Positions 21,419 through 29,741 are shown, counted from the first letter of the stretch. The stretch: 64,000 bases of DNA from Deltaproteobacteria bacterium (GCA_026388495.1 JAPLJQ010000408.1:1939-65938); one strand, 5' to 3'. Numbers and translations are program-made. The notes: a model not told the origin generated them from the letters alone.

Positions 21419-21519
21419 GTTCATTCCGTTACCCCGGCGAACCCCGGATCGGGTCCGGGGCAGGCGCCGGGGTCCAGAACGCACTGAAAAGACTGGATTC
21501 CGGCTTCCGCCGGAATGAC
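21419..21519. repeat. MITE-like intergenic repeat, family A (copy 3)
   Basis: GTTCATTCC ... GGGGCAGGC ... CTGGATTCCGGCTTCCGCCGGAATGAC; the last 27 nt are the reverse complement of 7416-7442 with one mismatch. Confidence 0.8.
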
Positions 21520-21564
21520 ACAGAAGGACTTTTGCAATGGGCTCACATAAAACTGGTCATTCGA

Positions 21565-21951
21565 TTAAACAGCCAGCACGGATTCCTGATATTGGGAGAC
21601 GGAAGGATCAACCGTCAGCAGCAGCATCCCTTCCGTGCGGGCCTGGGCCAGCAGCAGGCGGTCGAAAGGGTCTTTGTGAAGCAAAGGCAACGTCTCGATT
21701 GCAAAGGCGTGCTCCGTGGTTACCGGCAGCTCGGTGTATCCATGCACGATGAGCATCTTTCTCAAGCGGCGCGGATCCACCTTGAAATCCTCCCGTCCCA
21801 GTCCCCGTTTGATCACAATCTCCCAGATACTGGCCGCACTGAAAAACAATACGTTCTCGGCCGTCGTCAAAAGGGTGCGGGCTGATTCGGAGAGCTTTTC
21901 CGGCTGCCCTGCGGCCCACAGGAGAATGTGCGTATCCAGCAGCAGTTTCAC
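21565..21951 (-). CDS. vapC: type II toxin, PIN-domain ribonuclease VapC
   Basis: 128 aa; (V)KLLLDTHILLW with acidic PIN residue, HKDPFDRLLLAQA; GTG start overlaps the antitoxin stop (GTGA). Confidence 0.85.
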   Translation of the reverse strand: MKLLLDTHILLWAAGQPEKLSESARTLLTTAENVLFFSAASIWEIVIKRGLGREDFKVDPRRLRKMLIVHGYTELPVTTEHAFAIETLPLLHKDPFDRLLLAQARTEGMLLLTVDPSVSQYQESVLAV

Positions 21952-22196
21952 GAGGATTTTCCTTCAAAAAGTCCGATCATCTCCGTTGCCGCAAGAGAAT
22001 CAAAGTCGTCCGGCACCGAAATCTCACCCGACATGAACCCCAGCTTTTCAGCCCCTTTCAACTCCCCTTCGGATAGCGGCATAACCTTGACCATCGGCTT
22101 TCCTGCCTTGGCAATGATAAAAACATTTCCTTTTGCAGCCTCATCGACCAGGCGCGAAAGGTGCGTCTTCGCTTCGTGGATATTGACGGTTTGCAT
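21948..22196 (-). CDS. type II antitoxin (Phd/YefM-type N-terminus)
   Basis: 82 aa; MQTVNIHEAKTHLSRLVDEAAKGNVFIIAKAGKP typical of the Phd/YefM family; translationally coupled to vapC. Confidence 0.8.
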   Translation of the reverse strand: MQTVNIHEAKTHLSRLVDEAAKGNVFIIAKAGKPMVKVMPLSEGELKGAEKLGFMSGEISVPDDFDSLAATEMIGLFEGKSS

Positions 22197-22229
22197 GTGC
22201 TACCTCATCGGGTTTAGTTCTATGGACTT

Positions 22230-22294
22230 AGTTTACGTGCACGATCAGGGCTTGTCAAGAGAAATGCTCGGAGAAATGCTCGGAGTGTCAAGAG
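22230..22294 (-). promoter_or_regulatory. promoter and nested direct repeats (candidate operator) of the phd-vapC operon
   Basis: Minus strand reads TTGACA (22258-22253), 17 nt, TAAACT (22235-22230); upstream array CTCTTGACA-[CTCCGAGCATTT]x2-CTCTTGACA (22253-22294); GAGGT RBS before the ATG at 22196. Confidence 0.6.
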
Positions 22295-22296
22295 GA

Positions 22297-22351
22297 GAAT
22301 TGGGGACAGCCACTAATTCTTCAGGGAAGAATTAGTGGCTGTCCCCAATTC
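22297..22351. repeat. 55-bp perfect palindrome (26-bp stem, 3-nt loop)
   Basis: GAATTGGGGACAGCCACTAATTCTTC-AGG-GAAGAATTAGTGGCTGTCCCCAATTC; lies between the DUF1566 gene stop (22370) and the TA promoter; possible bidirectional terminator or insulator. Confidence 0.85.
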
Positions 22352-22369
22352 TTTCAATTCTTCAATTCT

Positions 22370-22852
22370 TTATTTGCCAGAACGGACCGGGAGTATCCGA
22401 GCGCCGGAGTCGGCCGACTGGGGAGTCATGCGCCGTCCACCATTGGTGAAATTCACGCGTGTAGCATTGGAACGGATCGCGTCTGACGTCCAGGGACAGC
22501 AAGCAGTCAGGGTGATCAGGGTGGTCAGATTATATCCATTATGGCCCTTAACCGAATCGTCATACAAATTCCCCAGCTCAACCTGCGTCGGCATCCGCCA
22601 GTCTGTATAGCCGCCCCCGCGATAATTCTGGCAATAGGACTTGGCGTTCGTCCAGTTAATGTCGCTCCCGTTGTCCTTTGCCGCCCACATCAGATTCGAG
22701 CTTGTATCCAGGACAGTACCATTGTCATAGGCGATGAAACGACCGTCCCTGCCAGTCTCCCCTGCTGTGGCACACTTCGCCGCAATAAAAGTCCCTACTA
22801 AAATAGCCCACACCGCTATCACGACCATTGTTCCTAATGTCGTCTTTTTCAT
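22370..22852 (-). CDS. DUF1566 (Lcl C-terminal-like) domain protein, secreted or membrane-anchored
   Basis: 160 aa; N-terminal hydrophobic segment; LMWAAKDNG...NWTNAKSYCQNYRGGGYTDWRMPTQVELGNLY hallmark of DUF1566. Confidence 0.8.
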   Translation of the reverse strand: MKKTTLGTMVVIAVWAILVGTFIAAKCATAGETGRDGRFIAYDNGTVLDTSSNLMWAAKDNGSDINWTNAKSYCQNYRGGGYTDWRMPTQVELGNLYDDSVKGHNGYNLTTLITLTACCPWTSDAIRSNATRVNFTNGGRRMTPQSADSGARILPVRSGK

Positions 22853-22882
22853 TAGCGGTGACCTCTGCTTCTATTGATTGGT

Positions 22883-23026
22883 AATTGGGGTCAGAGTAAC
22901 ATTAATTCCTACACTGTGGGATTTCTGCCAAGTCTATCCGGGGTATGCGCGCCAACGGGTTAGCCGTTTATCAAAGTGGAAGTGAAAAACCGATCATATC
23001 GAATCAATCTTACTCTGACCCCAATT
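22883..23026. repeat. 144-bp element with perfect 17-bp terminal inverted repeats (family B, copy 1)
   Basis: AATTGGGGTCAGAGTAA (22883-22899) and TTACTCTGACCCCAATT (23010-23026); core GGGGTCAGAGTAACATTAA recurs at about 25440 and 31788; followed by three CCAATTT repeats. Confidence 0.8.
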
Positions 23027-23167
23027 TAACTCCAATTTAACCAGACCCCAATTTCACCGCCCATCGAGTGGCCCTTCGTAAACTGACTCAGATCCACGGC
23101 GCGGCAAATCTGGAATTTCTTCGCATTCCTCCGGGAAGCCGGCTGGAAACGTTGCCTATCATTACAT

Positions 23168-23956
23168 TTATGACTTGTTACGTATCTTTGACCAAGCCAT
23201 GCAGAGATATTCATATATCGCAGTTTCTGCTTTACTGAGACCGCCTGTTGATGGGAAAAAATCTCCGGGGCTTCCGTTCTGTCTATGCAATACCCGATAA
23301 TTTGTGGGGGCAGGAACAGGATTCAGGCCGACTTTCTTAAAAAGGGCAACCGAACGAGGCGTATGAGATGCGGAAGTTACCAAGATAAACCGGTCATTCC
23401 CGACAATATTCTTGATAAATTTCGCCTGCTCCTCTGTATCTTTTGACATCTTTTCGAGGATCAGATCATTGGGATTTACGTTCATGATCTCGGCAATTTT
23501 TGCTGTAATTTCCACTTCAGGCACAGTATCAAAAACAGCCCCCCCCATGAGAACAATCCTGCTTCCCGGTAGTTTTCTGTATAAGCGCACCCCTTCCGTG
23601 AGACGCACCAGCGATGCTGTAGAAACCTGACTCGTTAAGGGAACGTTTGGATCCGATACGTGACCGCCGCCAAGCACAACAATCCACTTTATCCCAGGCT
23701 CATTCTGACGATCCTGCTTATTCCCGGCTGAATCAAGCATCAGAGGTGAGTATTGATACTCGAGTGGTCTTAAAAGCTTCGAGGAAACGGCGTTGAAGCT
23801 CAGCGGCAAAACAATGAATATTCCCAAAGTTACTATTATCTTGCCCAATATCTGTCTCCGGGTAAACCACAATAAAAATATTCCCATCAATATCAATATG
23901 AAAGAAATGGGAACCGGAGACAATAAGAGGGAACCTGCTTTTTCCAAGAAGAACAT
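23168..23956 (-). CDS. ElyC/YdcF/SanA family (DUF218) envelope biogenesis protein
   Basis: 262 aa; N-terminal TM segments; VVLGGGH..., LVTSASHTPRS resembling the DUF218 SxxHMxR motif. Confidence 0.8.
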   Translation of the reverse strand: MFFLEKAGSLLLSPVPISFILILMGIFLLWFTRRQILGKIIVTLGIFIVLPLSFNAVSSKLLRPLEYQYSPLMLDSAGNKQDRQNEPGIKWIVVLGGGHVSDPNVPLTSQVSTASLVRLTEGVRLYRKLPGSRIVLMGGAVFDTVPEVEITAKIAEIMNVNPNDLILEKMSKDTEEQAKFIKNIVGNDRFILVTSASHTPRSVALFKKVGLNPVPAPTNYRVLHRQNGSPGDFFPSTGGLSKAETAIYEYLCMAWSKIRNKS

Positions 23957-23959
23957 CTA

Positions 23960-25381
23960 TTACCTTTTTTTAACGACTTTCAGCAGCACGAGAAAACCTT
24001 TAAACATATACCAGAAAAGACGAGGATTCGAAATCACATCAATAAATTTTCTAATCAACACCGATGGTCTGAAATAAAATGCCCCTAACATTTCTGCCCT
24101 GGCCTTTTCCATATCCTTGCTGGTAAAGCCGTGAGGTACAAAAACGGTGCTCAGGGTATTCATCTTGCGCCAATCCTTTTCAAAAGCGCCATATTCCGAT
24201 GCATTTTCATAGAGGGCCGTTCCAGGAAAAGGCGTAAGCTGCATAACGGAGATGTCATCGAGGGGCAGTTTTAATACCAGCTCTTTTGTAAGTCTCAGCG
24301 ACTCTAATGTTTCTCCGGGAAAACCGACCATGAAGAAACCTTTTGTTTTCAGTCCCGCCTCTCGACTCCAACGAACGGCATCTTCCATGCGGGAAAGGTC
24401 TTCCCCCTTCTGCATGGCGTCGAGGATTCGTTGGTCTCCACTCTCTATGCCGTATGAGATATGCCAGCACCCGGCCTTTCTCATGAGGGCCAGCAACGCA
24501 GGCGTAACCCGATCAGCGCGGCCCAAACAGGACCAGGTCACATCAATTTTCGCTGCAATCAAGCGTTCACAGAATTCCGTGACCCATTTCCAGGCGATAA
24601 TAAACGTGTCGTCTTCAATCAGTATTTCTCTGACCCCATAATGAGACGCCAGATCCTTTATCAGGTTGACGGCATACGTGGGGCTGTACGAACGTACCTT
24701 GTTCCCGAAAACAGAACGGTCGCAGAACTGGCACTGATTGGGACATCCCCGGGTTAAAACAACAGAGGCACAGGGAAATCGATTCATCCTGGCCGGTGAC
24801 GGGTAGAAATCACCCGGGAATCCCCGAAAGAGGTTCCATGCCGGCAAAGGTAATTCATCAAGATTGTTAAGAAACGGGCGGCGAGGGTTTACAACGATGC
24901 GCTCTTTGACCTTCACTGCAGTGCCTGCAATAGATTCGGGCGCTGCCCCCGTTTCATCAACACCCCGGAGGATCTCGGCAAAGGTCACTTCCCCTTCGCC
25001 AATGACCGCCATGTCAAAATGGCTAAACTCGGACAGCGTCTCTTCAGGAAGTGCCGTTACATGGCAACCGCCGATGATGGTTATCGCCTTGTCATTCATC
25101 GCCTTGATGCGCTTGGCCAGTTCAGAGGATGCGACAATGCCGGATGTGGTCGAAGTGATACCCACGATATGGGGGTGATAATCAGCTATTTCGGCTACCG
25201 TCTGATCCACCGTCAGACAATGCGCGGCCGCATCAATAACGCGGACGTCCATCTTTTCCCATTTGGCAACAGCGCCCAGACACGCTAATGCATAAGAGGG
25301 TTCCGTATTCGCGGCACCGGAAAAATTTCCATATCTTTCCTGCAGCGTCAGGGGAGATGAAATGAGGGCAACGCGAAGCAT
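23960..25381 (-). CDS. B12-binding domain radical SAM protein
   Basis: 473 aa; N-terminal cobalamin-binding-like domain (HPHIVGITSTTS), cluster motif LTRGCPNQCQFCD (CxxxCxxC). Confidence 0.9.
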   Translation of the reverse strand: MLRVALISSPLTLQERYGNFSGAANTEPSYALACLGAVAKWEKMDVRVIDAAAHCLTVDQTVAEIADYHPHIVGITSTTSGIVASSELAKRIKAMNDKAITIIGGCHVTALPEETLSEFSHFDMAVIGEGEVTFAEILRGVDETGAAPESIAGTAVKVKERIVVNPRRPFLNNLDELPLPAWNLFRGFPGDFYPSPARMNRFPCASVVLTRGCPNQCQFCDRSVFGNKVRSYSPTYAVNLIKDLASHYGVREILIEDDTFIIAWKWVTEFCERLIAAKIDVTWSCLGRADRVTPALLALMRKAGCWHISYGIESGDQRILDAMQKGEDLSRMEDAVRWSREAGLKTKGFFMVGFPGETLESLRLTKELVLKLPLDDISVMQLTPFPGTALYENASEYGAFEKDWRKMNTLSTVFVPHGFTSKDMEKARAEMLGAFYFRPSVLIRKFIDVISNPRLFWYMFKGFLVLLKVVKKR

Positions 25382-25430
25382 GATTATTTCTCTTCCAGGC
25401 GCATCGCAATCTGCTGCGTAAGTTTTTTTA
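25382..25430 (-). repeat. 49-bp remnant/duplicate of the 3' end of the DUF2304 gene
   Basis: 41/49 identical to 26277-26325; still reads KKLTQQIAMRLEEK-stop vs KRLTQQIAMRMEEK-stop of the intact gene; abuts the radical SAM start codon. Confidence 0.8.
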
Positions 25431-25434
25431 GTGA

Positions 25435-25503
25435 AATAGGGGGTCAGAGCAACATTAACGTTACTCTTTTACGAGAGCATCAATATTACTCTACCCCCTA
25501 TTA
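25435..25503. repeat. family B repeat, copy 2 (short inverted-repeat element)
   Basis: AATAGGGGGTCAGAGCAACATTAA ... TTACTCTACCCCCTATT; imperfect terminal inverted repeats. Confidence 0.7.
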
Positions 25504-25532
25504 ATCCCGCTATTAATCACGAGAAGGTTGCC

Positions 25533-25850
25533 CTATGCGATCACTTGCAGCCCCTTTTTTTGAATAACCGTCAACAAACGCAGAGCAGGGCCACCCGGTT
25601 TTTTTACACCACGTTCCCAATCAGACACAAGATTTTTCGACACATTCAGGTATCGCGCAAATACAGGCTGAGAGATGCTCTCACGCTTCCGGATGAGCTT
25701 GATCTCTTCGGACGAAAGAACCCGCACCGGCGTCAGGCAAGCCTCATCGAACTCGCGCATTGTCTTCTTTTCGATAGCGCCGATCTCGTGCAGTGCCTCC
25801 ATAGTGCTGTGTATAGCGGCAAAAGCTTCACTTCGATATTTTTTCGCCAT
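25533..25850 (-). CDS. HTH (XRE-type) antitoxin/transcriptional regulator
   Basis: 105 aa; C-terminal HTH SQPVFARYLNVSKNLVSDWERGVKKPGGPALRLL; start overlaps the end of the upstream toxin reading frame. Confidence 0.8.
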   Translation of the reverse strand: MAKKYRSEAFAAIHSTMEALHEIGAIEKKTMREFDEACLTPVRVLSSEEIKLIRKRESISQPVFARYLNVSKNLVSDWERGVKKPGGPALRLLTVIQKKGLQVIA

Positions 25851-26217
25851 CGTTTTTTACCTCCTCAAGCCGGCTATTGTCTATGAGAACAGATGATTGG
25901 GAATCGGAAAGTGCCAAGACGTGCTTAGCCATTTTCTTGAACTGCTCCTCTTCATCTTCACGGATATTGGCCTAATCTCCTTTGGCAAACCCGTATACAA
26001 AAAACGCTTCCTCACCTCTGCGGAGCAGAATAATCGCCCGGTAGCCTTTCGATTTTCCCTGACCGGGCCGTGCGATGCGCTGTTTGATTACGCCACCGCC
26101 CAAATCGGCATCCACCTGAGAATTTTCAGCTCTTTGAACGGCCTCCCGAAGCACCTCATCGGAAATCTTTTCCTTTCGGGCAAAACGTGTGAACCAACTG
26201 TTCTTGAAAATTCTCAT
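25828..26217 (-). pseudogene. RelE/ParE-superfamily toxin interrupted by an in-frame TAG
   Basis: MRIFKNSWFTRFARKEKISDE...GQGKSKGYRAIILLRRGEEAFFVYGFAKGD-TAG(25971-25969)-ANIREDEEEQFKKMAKHVLALSDSQ... continues in the same frame to TGA at 25830-25828, overlapping the antitoxin ATG. Confidence 0.75.
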
Positions 26218-26276
26218 TCAACACACCATTTCATGGCGGCTTAATATATCACACTATGTATTATATCGCAAGTCAA

Positions 26277-26609
26277 TTATTTTTCTTCCATTCGCATGGC
26301 AATCTGCTGCGTCAGCCTTTTTATCTGTCGGCGCTGTATGGAAATGATGATGGAGAATTGCAGGCACATCAAGAACAATATCAGGATCGAAAAAAGAAAA
26401 AGCGTCGTAATGGGTGTCGCCACGTCTATTTGCCGTGAAAACCAGAGGAGCCAGTCATACTTGACAACGATCAGCGGGGCCATGATACCAACCGACAGCC
26501 AGAGCCAACAATATGAAATGTCAAGCCTCCCTTTCTGAATCAATCTTACAATCAACAAGAATAGAGCAAGACTGATCAACAGCATAATAAAATACTGCTT
26601 AGGGTACAT
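26277..26609 (-). CDS. DUF2304 family small membrane protein
   Basis: 110 aa, 3-4 TM, charged C-terminal tail; overlaps the stop of the upstream GT2, the usual GT2-DUF2304 pairing. Confidence 0.7.
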   Translation of the reverse strand: MYPKQYFIMLLISLALFLLIVRLIQKGRLDISYCWLWLSVGIMAPLIVVKYDWLLWFSRQIDVATPITTLFLFSILILFLMCLQFSIIISIQRRQIKRLTQQIAMRMEEK

Positions 26610-27333
26610 ACTGTTTCCACCTCCTTTGACTTAAAAAAACCATCACGATGGAAAGGATCATTTTGATGACATAATACAGCGGTTTTAATCCGGCATGCAT
26701 GGATTCGCCGCCGGAGCGCCCAAGCATGACCACGGGGACCTCCTTCACACGAAAACCTGCGTAATGCGCCATCAGTAAAACATCGGCATCCGGAAAGTCA
26801 TTGGGGAACTGGCCCCGCGAAAAAAGTTCAAAGGCTTTCCTGTTCAGACACTGAAAGCCCGATGTCGGATCGGTAATTTTATATCCAATAATCAAAGATA
26901 ATATCATTCCAAAAATTTTCTGCCCTGCTTTACGGACAAAGGATGTTTTGTAAGTACTAACTGAAGATAGATAGCGGCTTCCTATGACGATATCTGCCCT
27001 TCCGTCTAAAACAGGAGCAAGAATTTGCGGCACTTCATCGGGAAGATGCTGGCCATCGCCATCCATTTGGACAATGAATTCATACCCGTATTTTAAAGCA
27101 TAGAAATAACCCGTTTCCAAAGCGGCGCCGTAACCCAAATTTATCAGATGCGTAACGACATCGGCCCCGGCCCCAACGGATTCATTGCCCGTATCATCGG
27201 ATGAGCAGTCATTCACGACGAGTACCTTGGCTGACGGCAAGATGAGCTTTGCCGCCCTAATAATGTCTCCTACCCGTCCATGTTCATTATAGGCCGGGAT
27301 CACTACCAGAACTTTTTGATTGTCCCTGATCAT
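26599..27333 (-). CDS. glycosyltransferase family 2 (DPM1/polyprenyl-phosphate glycosyltransferase-like)
   Basis: 244 aa; VLVVIPAYNEHGRV, VVNDCSSDDT, MDGDGQH (DxD). Confidence 0.85.
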   Translation of the reverse strand: MIRDNQKVLVVIPAYNEHGRVGDIIRAAKLILPSAKVLVVNDCSSDDTGNESVGAGADVVTHLINLGYGAALETGYFYALKYGYEFIVQMDGDGQHLPDEVPQILAPVLDGRADIVIGSRYLSSVSTYKTSFVRKAGQKIFGMILSLIIGYKITDPTSGFQCLNRKAFELFSRGQFPNDFPDADVLLMAHYAGFRVKEVPVVMLGRSGGESMHAGLKPLYYVIKMILSIVMVFLSQRRWKQYVP

Positions 27334-27376
27334 GACGGAAGGGCTTTCTCCTGCAATCTGATGTCCGAAACAGCGG

Positions 27377-28558
27377 TCAATTCTTCACACCCTCAATCCT
27401 CCTGAGAAGCATGGATGCAATCTCCTTAAGCGAGGGGTTGACATCCTTCTTCCTATTTTTATCTATTCTTTTAAGCAGATGAAAGAACTCTTCCGGTTTA
27501 TTTAAATCAAAATAGTAAACGTTATTCTCGCCGCCATTATCGGTGAAAATGTCAATTAACCCTGGCAACCTCGTAGCAATAACCGGTTTTTCACAAGCCA
27601 TGTATTGATATAATTTGCTAGGAAAAATGATGTCGGTAATTTTATTAGTGGCAAATGGGTTTATACATACATCGGCCAGATTTATATATTTAGGCAATTC
27701 GGAATAATTGATAAATCCTGTTAAGATTACAACATCGCTCAAATCGTTTTTTTCGATCATTTTTCTCAATAAATTCATCTGTTCACCATGCCCGACGATG
27801 ATGAACTTTATTTTTTTACGCTCCAGTGGATTATTGATCAGAAATCGAATTAAAACATCCAGACCGGAGAAATTATAAAGTGTGCCCGCAAACAGAACCA
27901 CTCGGTCGTTCTCTGCGATGCTGAATTTTCGAACAAGCTCCAAGTCCTTTGGCTGCGGGTGGAAAAGGTCTATATCGGAACCCGTAGGCAAGTATGAGGT
28001 GGTATTCGGGTTACCTCCCATCTCAACAACATATTTAGTCAGTTTGGGGGTAATGGCAGTTATTGATGAAACTTTTTTATAAACCAATCGTTCCATGACG
28101 TACGTCGGCAACGAAAGGATCTTGGATGGTACCAACTGGTGCGATACATCCAATGAACGAAAGTGAACCGGAATTTTATGTTTTTTTGCCCAATAAAGTG
28201 TTTGCAGACCATTGGTTGGGACCGAATACAGAACGATCCTCTCAATATTGTATTGCCTGATTATCTTGCCAATAATGAAGAAATACGAGAAAAAAGCCAG
28301 GAGGCGACTGATTCCAAAGATTTTAACGATCCCTGGCCTGATCAATGTTATGCCTTTTTCTTTATTGGATTTTCTGACATTTTGCAGACATTGAGTCTTC
28401 AGCGATCCTATATCAAAAATATTCTTTTTCTTCCAGTCCATAGGATAATCAACCACATAAACATTATGGCCCTGTGAAGCATAAATCTCCGGTATGATTT
28501 GAAACTCGAAAACAACCTTATTAATGTATTCGGTTTCGTGTACAAAAAGAATATTCAT
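27377..28558 (-). CDS. glycosyltransferase family 4 (GT-B)
   Basis: 393 aa; MNILFVHETEY N-terminus; C-terminal NPFATNKITDIIFPSKLYQYMACEKPVIAT. Confidence 0.8.
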   Translation of the reverse strand: MNILFVHETEYINKVVFEFQIIPEIYASQGHNVYVVDYPMDWKKKNIFDIGSLKTQCLQNVRKSNKEKGITLIRPGIVKIFGISRLLAFFSYFFIIGKIIRQYNIERIVLYSVPTNGLQTLYWAKKHKIPVHFRSLDVSHQLVPSKILSLPTYVMERLVYKKVSSITAITPKLTKYVVEMGGNPNTTSYLPTGSDIDLFHPQPKDLELVRKFSIAENDRVVLFAGTLYNFSGLDVLIRFLINNPLERKKIKFIIVGHGEQMNLLRKMIEKNDLSDVVILTGFINYSELPKYINLADVCINPFATNKITDIIFPSKLYQYMACEKPVIATRLPGLIDIFTDNGGENNVYYFDLNKPEEFFHLLKRIDKNRKKDVNPSLKEIASMLLRRIEGVKN

Positions 28559-28607
28559 AGGTATTTACCCGATTAACTTCAAAGTTGAAAAACACGTCTT
28601 AAACTGG

Positions 28608-29741
28608 TCAATCGGGCTTTCGCCATACCGTGCGGTTAATATAATCCGTGTAGCTGACAATTATTCGCAGGACTTTTTTAGAGACGTTGTCCGTGTCATA
28701 ATCCTGCACCAATCTAAACTGGCGTTTATCACTGGAATGTTGTTTGACCACTATATCAACAGACTCAAGGACCCTTTCGGCTTTAAGGCCGCACATAATT
28801 AGCGTGCCCTCATCCATACCCTCCGGCCTTTCATGCGCCTGCCGTATGGTAACCGCCGGAAAATTTAAGATGCTGGATTCTTCCGTTATTGTACCGCTGT
28901 CGGAGACCACGCAAAAAGCGTTCTGTTGGAGTTTGACATATTCGTAAAATCCCAGCGGTTTAAGAAAACTTATTCTCGGATCAAGATGGGCGACGTTCGT
29001 CTCTTCCAGCCTTTTCCTTGTCCTGGGATGCGTAGAGACGATAACCGGCTTATCGTACTTTTTCGCCAGGGCATTCACCGAGTCAAGAATGTCCCGGAAA
29101 TTCTCCTCGCTGTCCACGTTTTCCTCCCGGTGAGTACTCAGGACCAAATATCCCCCTTTTTTAAGCCCCAATCTCGACAGCACATCGGATTTCACTATCG
29201 CAGGCATATAGTGGTTCAGGACCTCTTTCATTGGGGAGCCCGTCTTGATGACTGTTTCAGGTCTCAATCCTTCGCTCAGGAGATACCTGCGGGCGTGCTC
29301 TGTCAGCGTCATGTTTATATCGCTTAGATGGTCCACTATCTTGCGGTTGAGCTCTTCGGGCACCCGCTGGTCAAACGAGCGGTTTCCGGCCTCCATGTGG
29401 AAAATTGGTATCTTGCGCCGTTTGGCGGGTATGACGGACAGACAGCTATTCGTGTCGCCGTAAAGCAAAACGGCGTCGGGTTTTTCTTTTTCCATGACTT
29501 CGTCGGCCTTCGCTATTATATTGCCGATAGTCTGTGCCAGCGAGTCGCCCACTGAATTAAGAAAATGGTCCGGCTTGCGGATCTCCATCTCCTTGAAAAA
29601 TAACTCATTAAGTTCATAGTCGTAATTCTGCCCTGTATGCACCAGCACGTGATTAAGGTGTTTTTCCAACTCGTACATCACACGGCTCAGCTTTATTATC
29701 TCCGGTCGAGTACCGACGATAGTCATCACTTTCAAAGGCAT
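28608..29741 (-). CDS. UDP-N-acetylglucosamine-type 2-epimerase, non-hydrolysing (WecB/FnlC/WbvD/CapG class)
   Basis: MTIVGTRPEIIKL, STHREEN, VSDSGTITEES; ATG at 29741 has AAGGAG 7 nt upstream (the track ORF starts 21 nt further up). Confidence 0.9.
   Translation of the reverse strand: MPLKVMTIVGTRPEIIKLSRVMYELEKHLNHVLVHTGQNYDYELNELFFKEMEIRKPDHFLNSVGDSLAQTIGNIIAKADEVMEKEKPDAVLLYGDTNSCLSVIPAKRRKIPIFHMEAGNRSFDQRVPEELNRKIVDHLSDINMTLTEHARRYLLSEGLRPETVIKTGSPMKEVLNHYMPAIVKSDVLSRLGLKKGGYLVLSTHREENVDSEENFRDILDSVNALAKKYDKPVIVSTHPRTRKRLEETNVAHLDPRISFLKPLGFYEYVKLQQNAFCVVSDSGTITEESSILNFPAVTIRQAHERPEGMDEGTLIMCGLKAERVLESVDIVVKQHSSDKRQFRLVQDYDTDNVSKKVLRIIVSYTDYINRTVWRKPD

Noticed and set aside
22253-23060. 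Cluster of short repeats and palindromes considered as a possible CRISPR array
   Set aside because: The repeats are heterogeneous in sequence and spacing: a 12-bp unit x2, one 55-bp palindrome, a 17-bp TIR pair and CCAATTT x3. There is no regular repeat-spacer periodicity and there are no cas genes.
23026-23214. 62-aa minus-strand ORF whose middle (RRNAKKFQICRAVDLSQF) vaguely recalls the N-terminal region of HigB/killer-type toxins
   Set aside because: The similarity is too weak to defend by eye. The ORF overlaps the 3' end of the ElyC-like gene (stop at 23168) and repeat DNA, and it has no partner antitoxin. At most it is a degraded remnant.
25969-25971. TAG in the toxin gene as a recoded (pyrrolysine or other) sense codon
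   Set aside because: No pyl genes are in the window. TAG clearly terminates other genes here, for example the dsbC-like gene at 5259-5261, the SPASM radical SAM at 50118-50120 and the hisH-like gene at 58344-58346. A nonsense mutation is the simpler reading.
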